Source: an uncultured delta proteobacterium
GTDB lineage: Bacteria; Myxococcota_A; UBA9160; SZUA-336
Assembly (NCBI GenBank): GCA_963704165.1
Contig: CAVPHD010000009.1
Span: 224,001-288,000 of the forward strand
Direction of reading: 5' to 3'
Length of the DNA stretch: 64,000 nt
The position numbers were made by a program, and so were the translations under genes. The notes beneath the pieces are model-generated. The model made no database searches. It was given only the letters and a program-made list of their open reading frames with translations, and was not told where the DNA came from. Below, in pieces: positions 38,507 through 51,712 of this stretch; positions within the stretch are counted from its first letter, which is position 1; each line of letters starts with the position of its first letter.

Positions 38507-40138
38507 CTAGCCCAGCGTCGAGAAGAACTTGACCACCCCCGACCAGTGGCGCGCGATGTCGTTCCAGAATGCGACGCCCATGAGCAGGAGGATCAGCGAG
38601 AGCCCGACCGTCTGCGCGACGTCGCGCGCCCGTTCCGGAAGCGGACTTCCCTTGATCCCTTCGGCCGCGGCGAGGACGATCTGCCCACCGTCGAGCACCG
38701 GGATCGGCAGCAGGTTCAGGATCGCCAGATTCACGCTGATCACGGCCATGAGCCACGCGAACTGCGCCCACGAGGTCTGGTACGCATCGGCGGCGATCTC
38801 GCCGATCCCGATCGGACCGGAGAGGCTGTTCATACCGACGCTGCCGGTCACGAGCTGAGAGATCCCGGCGAGAATCATCACCAGGATCTCGCCGGTGCGC
38901 TCGACGCCGCGCGTGACCGCGACCAACGGATTGCGAACGACGTCGTCCCGGTACTCGGCCCCCTCGTCGGAGGGCCCGAGCGACACGCCGATTCCCCAGT
39001 GCATCTCGGTCTCGCCGTTCACGAGCATCGCCCGCTCGGTCGGCGTCGCCTCGAGCGTGATCTCGCGGCCCTCGCGCTGGAGAACGAGCGTGACCGGCGC
39101 GCCGCCGCTGCCCCAGATCACGTCCTTCACCACCTCGCTCGTGAGGGCGAGCGTTCCGTTGACGGTCAGCAGAACGTCGCCGGACTGCAAGCCTGCGCGC
39201 TTCGCGGGACTCGTCGGCTCGACCGCGGCGATCCGCACGCCGATCGCGGTCAGGCCGAGGGTCTCGAGACTCCGTACGACGTCGGCGTCGCGAATCGTCG
39301 TTCGGATCGTCTCCGACTCGCCGTCGAGTGGACGCGAGAGCTCGAACTCGACCGGGACGTCGACCGTCCGCAAGGCTCGCTCGAGGCCGTACAGGTTCTC
39401 GATCGGCTGTGAGTTCAGGGCGACGATCCGATCTCCCGTCTGCACGCCCGCGCGCGAGGCGGGGCCATCGGGATCGGTCACGCCGACGCGCGCGGCGGGA
39501 GCGTGCCAGGAGAGGCCGGCGGGGAGGTACTTGCCGTCGGGATCGGTCTCTCGCAGGAGCTCGACGGTGCGCGTCTGACCTTCGCGCTCGACCTCGAGTG
39601 AGAGCGCCGGATCTCCGGAACCCTGCAGGTGCGACTCCAGCTCCTCCCAGCGCCAGATCGCCTCGCTCGAGACGCCGACCACGCGATCGCCTTCGCGCAA
39701 GCCCGCGCGCTCGGCGGCGGTGTCGGGAAGCACCCCGGCGATTCGCGAGGTGATCGTCGGAACTCCGCTCATCAGAATCCCGGCGATCAGGAAGACCGGC
39801 AGGATCAGATTCATCACCGGGCCAGCGAGCGAGATCGCGATGCGTTGCCAGACGGGCCGGTGATTGAAGGCGCGGCCGACGTCCTCCGGGGCCGCGTCCT
39901 CACCCGGATTCTCGCCGAGCATCTTCACGAAGCCGCCGAGCGGCAGCGCAGCGACGACGTACTCGGTCTCGCCCACGCGCCGTGCGAGCAGCGACGGGCC
40001 GAAGCCGATCGAGAACTTCTCGACCTTGACGCCGAGCCACTTCGCGACGGCGAAGTGGCCCAGCTCGTGGATGAAGATCAGCACTCCGAGCAGGAGGATG
40101 AACGGAACCAGAAAATCGACGACTCCCGGAAGACTCAC
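38507..40138 (-). CDS. rseP: RIP metalloprotease RseP (three PDZ-like domains)
   Basis: HELGHF, FSIGFG, PLGGFVKM, AGPVMN, NLLPIPVLDGG; GTGA overlap with dxr. Confidence 0.96.
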   Translation of the reverse strand: MSLPGVVDFLVPFILLLGVLIFIHELGHFAVAKWLGVKVEKFSIGFGPSLLARRVGETEYVVAALPLGGFVKMLGENPGEDAAPEDVGRAFNHRPVWQRIAISLAGPVMNLILPVFLIAGILMSGVPTITSRIAGVLPDTAAERAGLREGDRVVGVSSEAIWRWEELESHLQGSGDPALSLEVEREGQTRTVELLRETDPDGKYLPAGLSWHAPAARVGVTDPDGPASRAGVQTGDRIVALNSQPIENLYGLERALRTVDVPVEFELSRPLDGESETIRTTIRDADVVRSLETLGLTAIGVRIAAVEPTSPAKRAGLQSGDVLLTVNGTLALTSEVVKDVIWGSGGAPVTLVLQREGREITLEATPTERAMLVNGETEMHWGIGVSLGPSDEGAEYRDDVVRNPLVAVTRGVERTGEILVMILAGISQLVTGSVGMNSLSGPIGIGEIAADAYQTSWAQFAWLMAVISVNLAILNLLPIPVLDGGQIVLAAAEGIKGSPLPERARDVAQTVGLSLILLLMGVAFWNDIARHWSGVVKFFSTLG

Positions 40139-41295
40139 GCTGCGCGCTCCTCGATCCACCGGCGCGCCACGCGGCGAGCCTGTTCATCCACGTCGCGGAT
40201 CTCCTCGAGGGATCGGCCGGGGCGAACCGCGACGCGTCCCAGGACTTCTTCGGCGACGGAAGCGATGCCCGTGAACTCGAGTTCGCCCGAGAGGAACGCC
40301 GCGACCGCGACCTCGTTGGCGGCGTTCAGCGTTGCCGGCGCGGTTCCACCGGCCGAGAGCGCTTCGAATGCGAGCCGAAGCGCGGGGAAGCGCGCGAGAT
40401 CGGGCGCTTCGAAATGAAGGGCACCGAGCGCGACGAGATCGAGCGGCGCCACGTCTTCGAGGGGGAGACGGTCGGGCATCCCCAGAGTGTACGAAATGGG
40501 GATCCTCATATCGGGCACGCCGAGCTGTGCGATCCAGCTGCCGTCGACGTACTCGACCAGCGAGTGCACGATGCTCTCCGGGTGCACGAGCACCCCGATC
40601 CGCTCCGGCTCGAGGTCGAAGAGCCAACGGGCCTCGATCACCTCGAAGCCCTTGTTCATGAGCGTCGCCGAGTCGATCGTGATCTTCGCGCCCATGTCCC
40701 AGTTCGGGTGCGCGAGCGCCTGCGCGGGGCTCGCCGCCGCGAGCGCCTCGGCACTCGCGCGTCGAAACGGTCCACCGGACGCGGTGAGCCAGATCTTGCG
40801 CACCGGGGCACCGCGCTGCCCGGCCAGGCACTGCGCGATCGCGACGTGTTCGGAGTCGAGCGGAAGCAGCTTCGCACCGCTCGCGCGCGCCGCCTCGAGG
40901 ACGAGCGGTCCACCGGTGACGAGCACCTCCTTGTTCGCGAGCGCGACGTCGCGCCCGCTGCGCAGCGCGGCCACGACCGGCTCGAGACCGGCGCTGCCGA
41001 CGAGCGCGCCGATCACGAGATCGGCTTCGTGCGTGGCGACCTCGCGGAGACCCTCGGCCCCCGAGATCACGCGCGGACCGGGCTCCCCGAGCGCTTCACG
41101 TACGAGCACCGCGTCTTCGGCACGGGCGACGGAGACCAGCTCCGGACGGAACTGCTTGCACTGCTGGATCAGGAGATCGACGGATCGACCTGCGGCGAGC
41201 GCGACCACCCGGAGCTTGTCCGGGAATCGCGCGATCACGTCGAGTGTCTGCGTTCCGATCGATCCCGTCGAGCCGAGCAGCGCGATGCGCTTCAC
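40135..41295 (-). CDS. dxr: 1-deoxy-D-xylulose-5-phosphate reductoisomerase
   Basis: LLGSTGSIG, LANKE, PLDSEH, TASGGPFR, HPNWDMGAKITIDSATLMNKGFEVIEA. Confidence 0.98.
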   Translation of the reverse strand: MKRIALLGSTGSIGTQTLDVIARFPDKLRVVALAAGRSVDLLIQQCKQFRPELVSVARAEDAVLVREALGEPGPRVISGAEGLREVATHEADLVIGALVGSAGLEPVVAALRSGRDVALANKEVLVTGGPLVLEAARASGAKLLPLDSEHVAIAQCLAGQRGAPVRKIWLTASGGPFRRASAEALAAASPAQALAHPNWDMGAKITIDSATLMNKGFEVIEARWLFDLEPERIGVLVHPESIVHSLVEYVDGSWIAQLGVPDMRIPISYTLGMPDRLPLEDVAPLDLVALGALHFEAPDLARFPALRLAFEALSAGGTAPATLNAANEVAVAAFLSGELEFTGIASVAEEVLGRVAVRPGRSLEEIRDVDEQARRVARRWIEERAA

Positions 41296-42035
41296 GGCGC
41301 CGGCTCACGGGCCTGTGCTCCCGTCAGCCCGAAGCGGCGCTCGCGCTGCTGGTAGGCCGCGAGCGCCTCGACGAGATCGTTCTTGGTGAAGTCGGGCCAG
41401 AGCACGTCGCTCTTCCACAGCTCGGTGTAGGCGACCTGCCAGAGCAGGAAATTCGAGAGCCGCAGTTCCCCACCGGTGCGGATCAGAAGATCGGGATCCG
41501 GCAGATCGGGCGAGTACAGGTGCCCCTGCACGCACTTCTCGTCGATCGCCTCGGGCTCGAGCTGCCCCTGCTCGACGGCTCGCGCGATCGCGCGCACGGC
41601 ATCGGTGATCTCGGTGCGCCCGCCGTAGGAGAGCGCGAAGACGAGCCTCATCTCGTCGTTGCTCTTCGTGCGCGCGGAGAGCGAGTCGATCAGCGTCTGG
41701 ATGCGCGGAGACAGGTCGCCAATGCGCCCGATCGCGTCGACGCGAATTCCGTTCGACGCCAGCTCGTCGGCGTCGCGCTCGAGGTACTCCTCGAGGTAGT
41801 TCATCACCGCATCGACCTCTTCACGAGGCCGAGCCCAGTTCTCCGTCGAGAACGCGTAGAAGGTCAGCCACTGCACGCCGAGCTCGTGCGCGGCCCGAAC
41901 GACCGCTCGCACGACCTCCGCGCCGTTCCGATATCCGGCTACGCGTGGAAGTCCGCGGTTCTCCGCCCAGCGGCCGTTCCCGTCGGGAATGATCGCCACG
42001 TGACGGGGGATCTTGCTCGCAACCAGCCTGTGCAC
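41292..42035 (-). CDS. uppS: Undecaprenyl diphosphate synthase
   Basis: PRHVAIIPDGNGRWA, YAFSTENWARP, SYGGR, DLLIRTGGELRLSNFLLWQ. Confidence 0.96.
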   Translation of the reverse strand: MHRLVASKIPRHVAIIPDGNGRWAENRGLPRVAGYRNGAEVVRAVVRAAHELGVQWLTFYAFSTENWARPREEVDAVMNYLEEYLERDADELASNGIRVDAIGRIGDLSPRIQTLIDSLSARTKSNDEMRLVFALSYGGRTEITDAVRAIARAVEQGQLEPEAIDEKCVQGHLYSPDLPDPDLLIRTGGELRLSNFLLWQVAYTELWKSDVLWPDFTKNDLVEALAAYQQRERRFGLTGAQAREPAP

Positions 42036-42044
42036 CCGCTCTCC

Positions 42045-42614
42045 TCAGACCTTCAGCAGCTCGGCTTCCTTCGCCTCGACCGACTTGTCGATCTGCGCGA
42101 CGAAATCGTCGGTGAGTTTCTGGATCTTGTCCTGCAGCTGGCGCGCGTCGTCCTCTCCGAGGTCGCCGTCCTTCTGCAGGTCCTTCGCCATGGCGATGGC
42201 GTCGCGGCGCGCGTTGCGCACGCCCACCTTGTGGTCCTCGCCGAGCTTCTTCACCTGCTTGGCGAGGTCCTTGCGCCGCTCTTCGGTCAGCTCCGGGATC
42301 GGCACGCGGACGATCTTTCCGTCGGAGATCGGCGAGACGCCGAGGTTGGCCTTGTGGATCGCCTTCTCGATCTCGGAGATCGCGCTGCGATCGAATGGCT
42401 GCACCGTGATCAGTCTCGCTTCGGGAGCATTCAGCTGCGCGAGCTTCTTCAGAGGCGTCGGCGTGCCGTAGTAATCGACCATGAGGCCCTCGAGCAGCGC
42501 AGGATTCGCGCGGCCCGTGCGGATCTTCGTGAGGTCGTGCCCCAGGGCAGAGACGCTCTTCTGCATCTCCTGCTTCGCTTCGGAGAGGACCAGATCGCTG
42601 TTCTCGTCGGACAT
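42045..42614 (-). CDS. frr: Ribosome recycling factor
   Basis: IRTGRANP, VDYYG, PELTEERRK, VRNARRDA. Confidence 0.98.
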   Translation of the reverse strand: MSDENSDLVLSEAKQEMQKSVSALGHDLTKIRTGRANPALLEGLMVDYYGTPTPLKKLAQLNAPEARLITVQPFDRSAISEIEKAIHKANLGVSPISDGKIVRVPIPELTEERRKDLAKQVKKLGEDHKVGVRNARRDAIAMAKDLQKDGDLGEDDARQLQDKIQKLTDDFVAQIDKSVEAKEAELLKV

Positions 42615-42627
42615 CCGCTTCTCCTCC

Positions 42628-43341
42628 TCAGGCCGTGACGAGCGTGCCGATCGCCTCCCCGGAGACCACTCGCAGCATGTTGCCGGGCACGCTCATGTTG
42701 AAGACCACGATCGGCAGCTTGTTGTCCTGGCAGAGCGTGATCGCGGTCGAATCCATCACGCCGAGGCTCTGGTGCAGGAACTCGCGATAGCTCACCCGAT
42801 CGAAGCGCCGCGCGTTGGGAAATTTCTCTGGATCCGAGTCGTAGACGCCATCGACGCGCGTCCCCTTCAGCAGCACCTCGGCGCCCATCTCCATCGCGCG
42901 CAACGCCGCACCGGTGTCGGTGGTGAAGAACGGATTGCCGGTCCCCGCCGCGAAGATCACGACGCGGCCCTTCTCGAGGTGGCGGATCGCGCGTCGGCGG
43001 ATGTGCGGCTCGGCCACCTGCTTGATCTCGATCGCCGAGAGCACGCGCGTGTCGGCGCCGCACTTCTCGAGGGCATCCTGGAGCGCGAGGGCGTTGATCA
43101 CGCCACCGAGCATGCCCATGTAGTCGGCGGCCGTGCGGTTGATGCCCTCGGCCGAGGCCGTGATGCCGCGGATGATGTTGCCCCCGCCGCAGACCACGCC
43201 GAGCTCGATGCCCAGGCGCGAGAGCTCGCCGATCTCGCGCGCCGTCTCGTGGATCGTCTTCGAATCGATGCCCCAGCCGCGCTCGCCCGCGAGGCTCTGG
43301 CCCGAGATCTTGAGGAGGACGCGCTTGTAGACCGGGGTCAT
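42628..43341 (-). CDS. pyrH: UMP kinase
   Basis: [36 protein letters not shown]. Confidence 0.98.
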   Translation of the reverse strand: MTPVYKRVLLKISGQSLAGERGWGIDSKTIHETAREIGELSRLGIELGVVCGGGNIIRGITASAEGINRTAADYMGMLGGVINALALQDALEKCGADTRVLSAIEIKQVAEPHIRRRAIRHLEKGRVVIFAAGTGNPFFTTDTGAALRAMEMGAEVLLKGTRVDGVYDSDPEKFPNARRFDRVSYREFLHQSLGVMDSTAITLCQDNKLPIVVFNMSVPGNMLRVVSGEAIGTLVTA

Positions 43342-44195
43342 TCCTCGCCGGCTTCCCCGAGCTGGAAGCGACGGAAGCCGACGATCTTCGCGCCGACCTC
43401 CTGCGCTGCCTTGTTGACGATCCTGTCGGGGTCCATGACCAGACCCTGCTCGAGCAGGACCACTTCCTTGAAGAACTTCGAGAGCCGCCCCTCGATCATC
43501 TTCTCGATGATGTTGGCGGGCTTGCCTTCGCTCGCCGCCTGCTTGGTGAGCACGCTCCGCTCCGCGTCGACGACGGCCTTGGGCAGCTCGTCGCGAGAGA
43601 GGCTGGCTGGGCTCGCCGCCGCGACGTGCATGCAGACGTTGTGCGCGAACGCGCGCACTTCCGGCTTGTCGGGATTCGCGGACTCGATCGCGACCAGCGT
43701 TCCGATCTTGCCGCCCGCGTGGATGTAGCAGGCGACGAAGCCCGACGCGGGCGCCGTCAGGCGCTCGATCCGCCGGACCACGAGGTCCTCGCCCATCTTG
43801 CTGACCGCGCTGCTCACCGCGTCGCGGAGCTTCTCGCCGTTCACGGTCGAGTCGAGCAGCGCATCTACGCTCGCGGGCGCAGAGCTGCAGACGGTGTTCG
43901 CGAGCGCATCGGCGAGCGTCGAGAAGTCGTCCGTCTTGGCGACGAAGTCGGTCTCGCAGTTCAGCTCGACGAGCGCGCCCGTGCGGCCGTCCTTCGAGAC
44001 GAGCGCGTTCACCCGACCCTCGGAGCCGGCGCGGCCGACGCGCTTGCTCGCCTTGGCGATCCCGCGCTCGCGCAGGATCTCGGCGGCACGCGCGGAGTCA
44101 CCCCCCGCCTCGGCGAGCGCCTTCTTGCAATCCATCATCCCCGCGCCCGTGCGCTCGCGGAGATCCTTCACCTGCGCTGCCGAGATCTCGGCCAC
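43338..44195 (-). CDS. tsf: Elongation factor Ts
   Basis: [39 protein letters not shown]. Confidence 0.98.
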   Translation of the reverse strand: MAEISAAQVKDLRERTGAGMMDCKKALAEAGGDSARAAEILRERGIAKASKRVGRAGSEGRVNALVSKDGRTGALVELNCETDFVAKTDDFSTLADALANTVCSSAPASVDALLDSTVNGEKLRDAVSSAVSKMGEDLVVRRIERLTAPASGFVACYIHAGGKIGTLVAIESANPDKPEVRAFAHNVCMHVAAASPASLSRDELPKAVVDAERSVLTKQAASEGKPANIIEKMIEGRLSKFFKEVVLLEQGLVMDPDRIVNKAAQEVGAKIVGFRRFQLGEAGEE

Positions 44196-44236
44196 GTCCT
44201 GTCTCCCTTCCCCTGCTCAGCCCGTCAGCCGCCGCT

Positions 44237-45199
44237 TCACGCGGCCGGCGGCTCCGTCGTCGGTTCGACCTCGGTCTCGTTCGTCGGCTCGGTGGTCGGC
44301 TCCTCGGGCGTCTCCGGCAGATCCGTGATGCCGAGCGCGAAGTCCGCTGCGGCCTCGACCGACTCGCGGCGACGTTCCTCGGCCATTCGATCCATTCGCG
44401 CGGGCCGCCGCGCCGGCTGCGTGATCTCGACCACGCGCTTGCCGTGCTTGGGCGCGGACTCCTCGGACTCGCGCGCTTCGGAGCGCTGATCGACGATGCG
44501 CGAGTTGTGCAGCTCTCGTCCCTCGCGCGCCGCCTCTGCGACCTTCTCGCAGTAGAGCTGGATCGCGCGCAACGCGTCGTCGTTGCCGGGAATCGTGAAG
44601 TCGACCCCGTACGGATCGCAGTTCGAGTCGACCACCGCGATCACCGGAATGCCGAGTCGTCGAGCCTCGAGAATCGCGATCGCCTCGCGTCGCACGTCGA
44701 TCACGAAGACGGCGTCGGGCACGCGCTCCATCTCGGCGATGCCTTCGAACGCCTTGTGCAGCTTCAACTGCTCGCGCACCAGCCGCGAGCGCTCCTTCTT
44801 CGAGAGATCGGAGCTGGCCTCCTCTCGCCCGAGAAGCTCGTTCAGCTCCTTGTAGCGCTCGATGCCGCGCCGGATCGTGCGGAAGTTCGTCAGCATTCCG
44901 CCGAGCCAGCGTCGGTGAACGAAGGGCATGCCGCAGGCGCGCGCCTGCTCCGCGATGATGTCCTGCGCTTGCCGCTTCGTGGAGACGAAGAGCACCGAGC
45001 CCCCGCCCGCGACGGTCTCGCGGATGAACTCGAGCGCATCGCGGAAGCGCGGCAGCGTGTGCTGCAGATCGATGATGTGGACGCCGTTGCGCTCGCCGTA
45101 GATGAAGGGCTTCATCGAGGGATGCCAACGGCGGGTCTGATGGCCGAAGTGGACGCCGGCCTCGAGCAGGTCTCGCATGGAGACGAGGTTCGCTGTCAT
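44237..45199 (-). CDS. rpsB: 30S ribosomal protein S2 with acidic C-terminal tail
   Basis: LLEAGVHFGHQT, RWLGGMLTNF, IPGNDDALRAI. Confidence 0.98.
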   Translation of the reverse strand: MTANLVSMRDLLEAGVHFGHQTRRWHPSMKPFIYGERNGVHIIDLQHTLPRFRDALEFIRETVAGGGSVLFVSTKRQAQDIIAEQARACGMPFVHRRWLGGMLTNFRTIRRGIERYKELNELLGREEASSDLSKKERSRLVREQLKLHKAFEGIAEMERVPDAVFVIDVRREAIAILEARRLGIPVIAVVDSNCDPYGVDFTIPGNDDALRAIQLYCEKVAEAAREGRELHNSRIVDQRSEARESEESAPKHGKRVVEITQPARRPARMDRMAEERRRESVEAAADFALGITDLPETPEEPTTEPTNETEVEPTTEPPAA

Positions 45200-45322
45200 T
45201 TGACGCAGGTGCTCCGTTCTCGGGTTTTGCTTCCGCCCCTCGGCCCATCGCCGCCGCTCATCGCGAGGACGCTGCTCGAAGCAGGCGGTCGTTGCGACCC
45301 GGAGCGGACGGGGCGTGATGGA
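45200..45322 (-). promoter_or_regulatory. rpsB (S2) autoregulatory leader RNA
   Basis: Stem CGCCCC/GGGGCG (45315-45310 with 45239-45234), GGGU (45300-45297) able to pair with ACCC (45225-45222), and GGAAGC-AAAACCC, the architecture of the known S2 leader. Confidence 0.7.
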
Positions 45323-45330
45323 TGGTCGCT

Positions 45331-45359
45331 CGTATAGCAGAAGGCGTGCCCGCGCTCAA
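45331..45359 (-). promoter_or_regulatory. Sigma70-type promoter for rpsB-tsf
   Basis: TTGAGC-17 nt-TATACG with extended TG and an AT-rich upstream tract. Confidence 0.62.
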
Positions 45360-45386
45360 CTCCAAGGGCCCGGAATCAAAAGAAAT

Positions 45387-46091
45387 TCAGCCTCGCCTTC
45401 CACCCGGCGGGGGCCCGAGAGCGAGCAGATGGGTGTTGTCGTTGAAGGCGCGCAGCGAGAACGCGTAGGCATCGGCGATCGGGACCGTGACCAGGCGCGT
45501 GATTGCGGCCCAGTGGCTCGAGAAGCGCACCCACGCCCAGGACACCGGCTCGACGTCGAGCAGGCGCGAGAGGATCACGGCAATCGTGCCCTCGTGCGCC
45601 ACGATCAGCAGGCGCCGGTCGGCTTCGGGCGGATGCCAGAGGCGGAACCCCGAGTTCGAGTGGATGCGCATGCCGTGGGAGGCCGAGAGAAGCTCCTCGA
45701 CACCCGCCGAGACGCGCTCGTAGAGGTGCCGGAACGACTCGCCGCCGGGACTCATGCCGTCCCACCACTGCTCGAGGTCGCGGGCGCGCGCGCGGGCGAA
45801 GAACTTCTCGACCTCCTCGGCCGTGCGCCCCTCGAGCGTCGGCAGGCGAAGCTCGTCGAGCCACGAGCAGCGCTCGAACTCCACTTCCAGACGCTCCGCG
45901 ACCGGCGCCGCGGTCTCGATCGCGCGGCCGAGCGTGCTCGTGTAGCAGGCGTCGAAGCGCTCATCGGCGAGCGCGTCGGCGAGCGCCCGTGCCTGCCGGC
46001 GACCGTAGTCGGTCAGCGCGGGATGGTCGACCGCCCGACCGCCGGGCTCCCAGTCCGGCTGCCCGTGCCGGACCAGCACGACCTCGATCAT
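45387..46091 (-). CDS. Histidine phosphatase (phosphoglycerate mutase family)
   Basis: LVRHGQ, LTDYGRRQA, STLGRAIETA, GGES, VAHEG. Confidence 0.92.
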   Translation of the reverse strand: MIEVVLVRHGQPDWEPGGRAVDHPALTDYGRRQARALADALADERFDACYTSTLGRAIETAAPVAERLEVEFERCSWLDELRLPTLEGRTAEEVEKFFARARARDLEQWWDGMSPGGESFRHLYERVSAGVEELLSASHGMRIHSNSGFRLWHPPEADRRLLIVAHEGTIAVILSRLLDVEPVSWAWVRFSSHWAAITRLVTVPIADAYAFSLRAFNDNTHLLALGPPPGGRRG

Positions 46092-46408
46092 GGCTTCGCG
46101 GTCCGGTACTGCACGGCCGCGCGCTCCGCCGTGAGCGGTCGCACGTGCAGGGCGACGAGCTTCTGATGGGCGGGATGATCGACGTACGCGCGAAATGCCG
46201 CCGCGTCGTCGAAGTCGGCGACGATCGCGAAATCGAAGTTCCCCGACACGAGACCCGCGTCGGATCCGTAACGGTAGGCCCGGATCTGTGGGACCTGTCC
46301 GGGCAGTGCCGAGAGTGCGCGTTCGAGGGAATCGATCTGCGCGCGGGTCGATTCCGGCCGCCAGCGGAACAGCACGACGTGCCGGAAGATCTCGACGGCG
46401 GCCGACAC
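46088..46408 (-). CDS. Dabb (stress-responsive A/B barrel) protein
   Basis: FRHVVLFRW, FDFAIVADFDD, AYVDHPAH; GTG overlaps the argJ stop. Confidence 0.88.
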   Translation of the reverse strand: MSAAVEIFRHVVLFRWRPESTRAQIDSLERALSALPGQVPQIRAYRYGSDAGLVSGNFDFAIVADFDDAAAFRAYVDHPAHQKLVALHVRPLTAERAAVQYRTAKP

Positions 46409-47586
46409 TAGGTCGTGTACTCCGCGTTGACGCGCACGTATTCGTAGGAGAAGTCGGTCGTCAGCATGCGCGCGTTCCCGGGTCCGCGGCCGATCGAGAT
46501 CTCGATCGCGACCTCCTTCCTCTTCATCGCGCGCTCCGCCCGGCGCAGACCCGTCCGGCCTCCCGAGGGCTCGCCGCCGCGAAGCATCTCGACGCCTCCG
46601 ATCTTCACGCCGACGTTCGCCGGCAGAAGTGGAACCCCGGCCGCACCGATCGCCTGAACGATCCGGCCCCAATTCGGATCCGCACCGAAGAGCGCCGTCT
46701 TCACCAGCGCGGAGTTCGCGACGCTGCGCGCGACGCGGTCCGCGTCGCGATCGCTGCGCGCGCCCGAAACCGCGACCGTCGCGAGCTTCGTCACGCCCTC
46801 GCCATCCCGCGCCAGCCGGTAGCAGAGCTCGGAGCTCGTCTCGAGCAGGGCGCGCTCGAACTCGCGGGCCCGTGCGGAGCCGACGCCGATCGGCCGGTTT
46901 CCGGCGGCCCCGTTCGCGAGCACCAGCACCGTGTCGCTGGTGCTGGTCTCACCGTCGATCGTGAGCGCATTGAAGGTCGGCGTGACCGCCTCGCGAAGCG
47001 CGGCCCGGAGAAATGCGGGCTCGACCGCGAGATCGGTCACGATGTAGGCGAGCATCGTCGCCATGCGCGGCATGATCATGCCTGCGCCCTTCGCCATCCC
47101 GACCAGCCGGAAGCCGCGCGCTCGCGTATGCACGAGCTTCGGCACGTTGTCGGTGGTGAGGATCGCCTTCGCGGCGCGCTCGAAGCCACGCGGCGAGAGC
47201 TCGGCGACGGCGCGCGGAATGCCCTCGCGAAGCTTCTCCATCGGCAGCGTTCGGCCGATCACGCCCGTCGAGGCGACCTGGATCTCGCGGCTGCGGGCGC
47301 CGATCGCACGCGCGAGGAGCCGCGTCATCTCGCGCGCGTCCGCCAGCCCGCGCGCGCCGTTCGCCACGTTCGAGATCCCGCTGTTCACGACGGCGCCGCG
47401 CGCGACCCCGCCGCGGATGTGGCTGCGCGAGACGACCACCGGCGCGCCGGGAAAGCGGCTGCTCGTGAAGACCGCGGCCGCCGCGGCGGGGCGATCCGAG
47501 ACGATCAGCGCGAGATCGGGCTTGCCGCTGGGCTTGATGCCGCAGGCGATACCCGCGGCGAGAAAGCCCGGAACATCGACCGCCAC
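46408..47586 (-). CDS. argJ: Ornithine acetyltransferase / N-acetylglutamate synthase
   Basis: NSGISN, ILTTD, AKGAGMIMPRMATML, IDGETSTSD, DGEG, DPNWGR, YVRVNAEYTT. Confidence 0.96.
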   Translation of the reverse strand: MAVDVPGFLAAGIACGIKPSGKPDLALIVSDRPAAAAAVFTSSRFPGAPVVVSRSHIRGGVARGAVVNSGISNVANGARGLADAREMTRLLARAIGARSREIQVASTGVIGRTLPMEKLREGIPRAVAELSPRGFERAAKAILTTDNVPKLVHTRARGFRLVGMAKGAGMIMPRMATMLAYIVTDLAVEPAFLRAALREAVTPTFNALTIDGETSTSDTVLVLANGAAGNRPIGVGSARAREFERALLETSSELCYRLARDGEGVTKLATVAVSGARSDRDADRVARSVANSALVKTALFGADPNWGRIVQAIGAAGVPLLPANVGVKIGGVEMLRGGEPSGGRTGLRRAERAMKRKEVAIEISIGRGPGNARMLTTDFSYEYVRVNAEYTT

Positions 47587-47587
47587 G

Positions 47588-50281
<2,694 letters not shown>

Positions 50282-50336
50282 GAAAGTCTCCCGGGGCGGG
50301 CCGGAGTATACGGAAGGGCCTCTTCCCGGGCCAGAA

Positions 50337-51263
50337 TCAGTCGAGGATGTAGTTGCGCGGATTCACGGTCTTGCCGTTCACGAGCACCGCGTAGTGCAGG
50401 TGGGGACCCGTGCTTCGACCCGTCGAGCCCATGAGGCCGATCTGCTGACCGCGCTTCACGGTCTGACCCGGCTTCACGAGCGTCTCCTGCATGTGTCCGT
50501 AGACGGTCTCGATGCCGTAGCCGTGACGCATCTTGACGGCGATGCCCAGGGAGCGCTTCGAGGTCGCGTAGATGACCTGGCCGTCCGCGGCCGCGTAGAT
50601 CGGCGTCCCCATCCGGCCGGCGATGTCGAGTCCCTTGTGGAACTCGCGACCTCCCGTTTGCGGCGACGTCCGGTAGCCGAACGCGGAGGTCACCCAGCCG
50701 CGTGTCGGCGAGATCGAGGGCGTGTGCACGAGCCGCACCGCCTGGTCCTCGAGGTGAGTGATCAGGCCCTGCAGGCTCTGCTCCTGGGCGTCCGCAGCAT
50801 CGGCGAGTGTCTCGAGCCCTTCCCGGATGATGTCGCGGCGTTTCGCCCGAGAGAGCCAGGACACGTCGTCCGCATCGAGGAGCTGTCCGTCGGTTCCGCC
50901 GATTCCCGGCAGCGGCAGCGGATCGGCCGGATCGAGATTCGTGATCACCCGGAGCTTGCGCTCGAAGCCCTCGATGCTCCCGAGCCGGGTGGAGATCGTC
51001 TCCATCTTCTCTGCGTACGCGTGCAGCTCCTGGCGCTGCTCGCTGGTCTCGCGGCGCAGCCGCTCGAGCTCGGAGAGGCTCACGCGCACTCTCACGTAGT
51101 CGACCGAGAGCACGAGCAGGGCAACCGCCGCGGCGACGCCCGCATATCCGGCGCGGCGGATCCAGATGCGAGGCAGGTGGAAGCGCCGGATCGAGCCGGC
51201 GGAGCCGGGCACGATCATCAGGGTGACGACGTCCTCGTTCCGAGGAGAGGTCGAGCTAGACAC
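50337..51263 (-). CDS. M23 family metallopeptidase with N-terminal TM and coiled coil
   Basis: [22 protein letters not shown]. Confidence 0.93.
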   Translation of the reverse strand: MSSSTSPRNEDVVTLMIVPGSAGSIRRFHLPRIWIRRAGYAGVAAAVALLVLSVDYVRVRVSLSELERLRRETSEQRQELHAYAEKMETISTRLGSIEGFERKLRVITNLDPADPLPLPGIGGTDGQLLDADDVSWLSRAKRRDIIREGLETLADAADAQEQSLQGLITHLEDQAVRLVHTPSISPTRGWVTSAFGYRTSPQTGGREFHKGLDIAGRMGTPIYAAADGQVIYATSKRSLGIAVKMRHGYGIETVYGHMQETLVKPGQTVKRGQQIGLMGSTGRSTGPHLHYAVLVNGKTVNPRNYILD

Positions 51264-51627
51264 CGGAGCGGCCTCCGGCGGCGGCCGCATCGAGCGACAC
51301 CTTCAACACGAGCTTTCCCATCCGGAGCTCGTCACCGTGCGCGAGCACCCGGCGCTGCTCGCGGGAGCCGTTCACGAGGGTGCCGTTCGTGCTGCCCAGA
51401 TCCTGCACGAACGCCGCGGGACCCTCGTAGCCGAAGAGCGCGTGCGCGCGCGAGATCGTGGCCTCGTTCAGAACCAGGTCGGCGTTTCGCCCACGACCGA
51501 TCACGGTGCTCGCGCGATCGAGCTCCCACTCGAGACCCTCGTAGAAGCCGCTCTCGATGCGCAGGTGCGCGCGCTGCGCCGCAGGCGGTACTGCCGGATC
51601 CGTCCCCGAGGCCTTTGCTCGAGCCAA
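51256..51627 (-). CDS. Stand-alone FHA domain protein
   Basis: GGGAGG SD then TTG 51627; IGRG, ISRAHA, DLGSTNGT, GDELRMG. Confidence 0.9.
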   Translation of the reverse strand: MARAKASGTDPAVPPAAQRAHLRIESGFYEGLEWELDRASTVIGRGRNADLVLNEATISRAHALFGYEGPAAFVQDLGSTNGTLVNGSREQRRVLAHGDELRMGKLVLKVSLDAAAAGGRSGV

Positions 51628-51678
51628 GTTTTGCCTCCCAAGCGGAGGGCGTGACCGCCCTTTGTGCTCGAGAGCGGC

Positions 51679-51703
51679 ATCGGCGAGGCCTATGGAAAGT
51701 TGA
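51679..51703 (-). promoter_or_regulatory. Sigma28/FliA-WhiG-like promoter (copy 4)
   Basis: TCAA-15 nt-GCCGAT upstream of the FHA gene. Confidence 0.58.
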
Positions 51704-51712
51704 GGAAGCCGG

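Noticed and set aside
44237..44330. EPTTEP-type repeats at the rpsB 3' end
   Set aside because: This is an ordinary low-complexity acidic S2 tail, not a repeat element.
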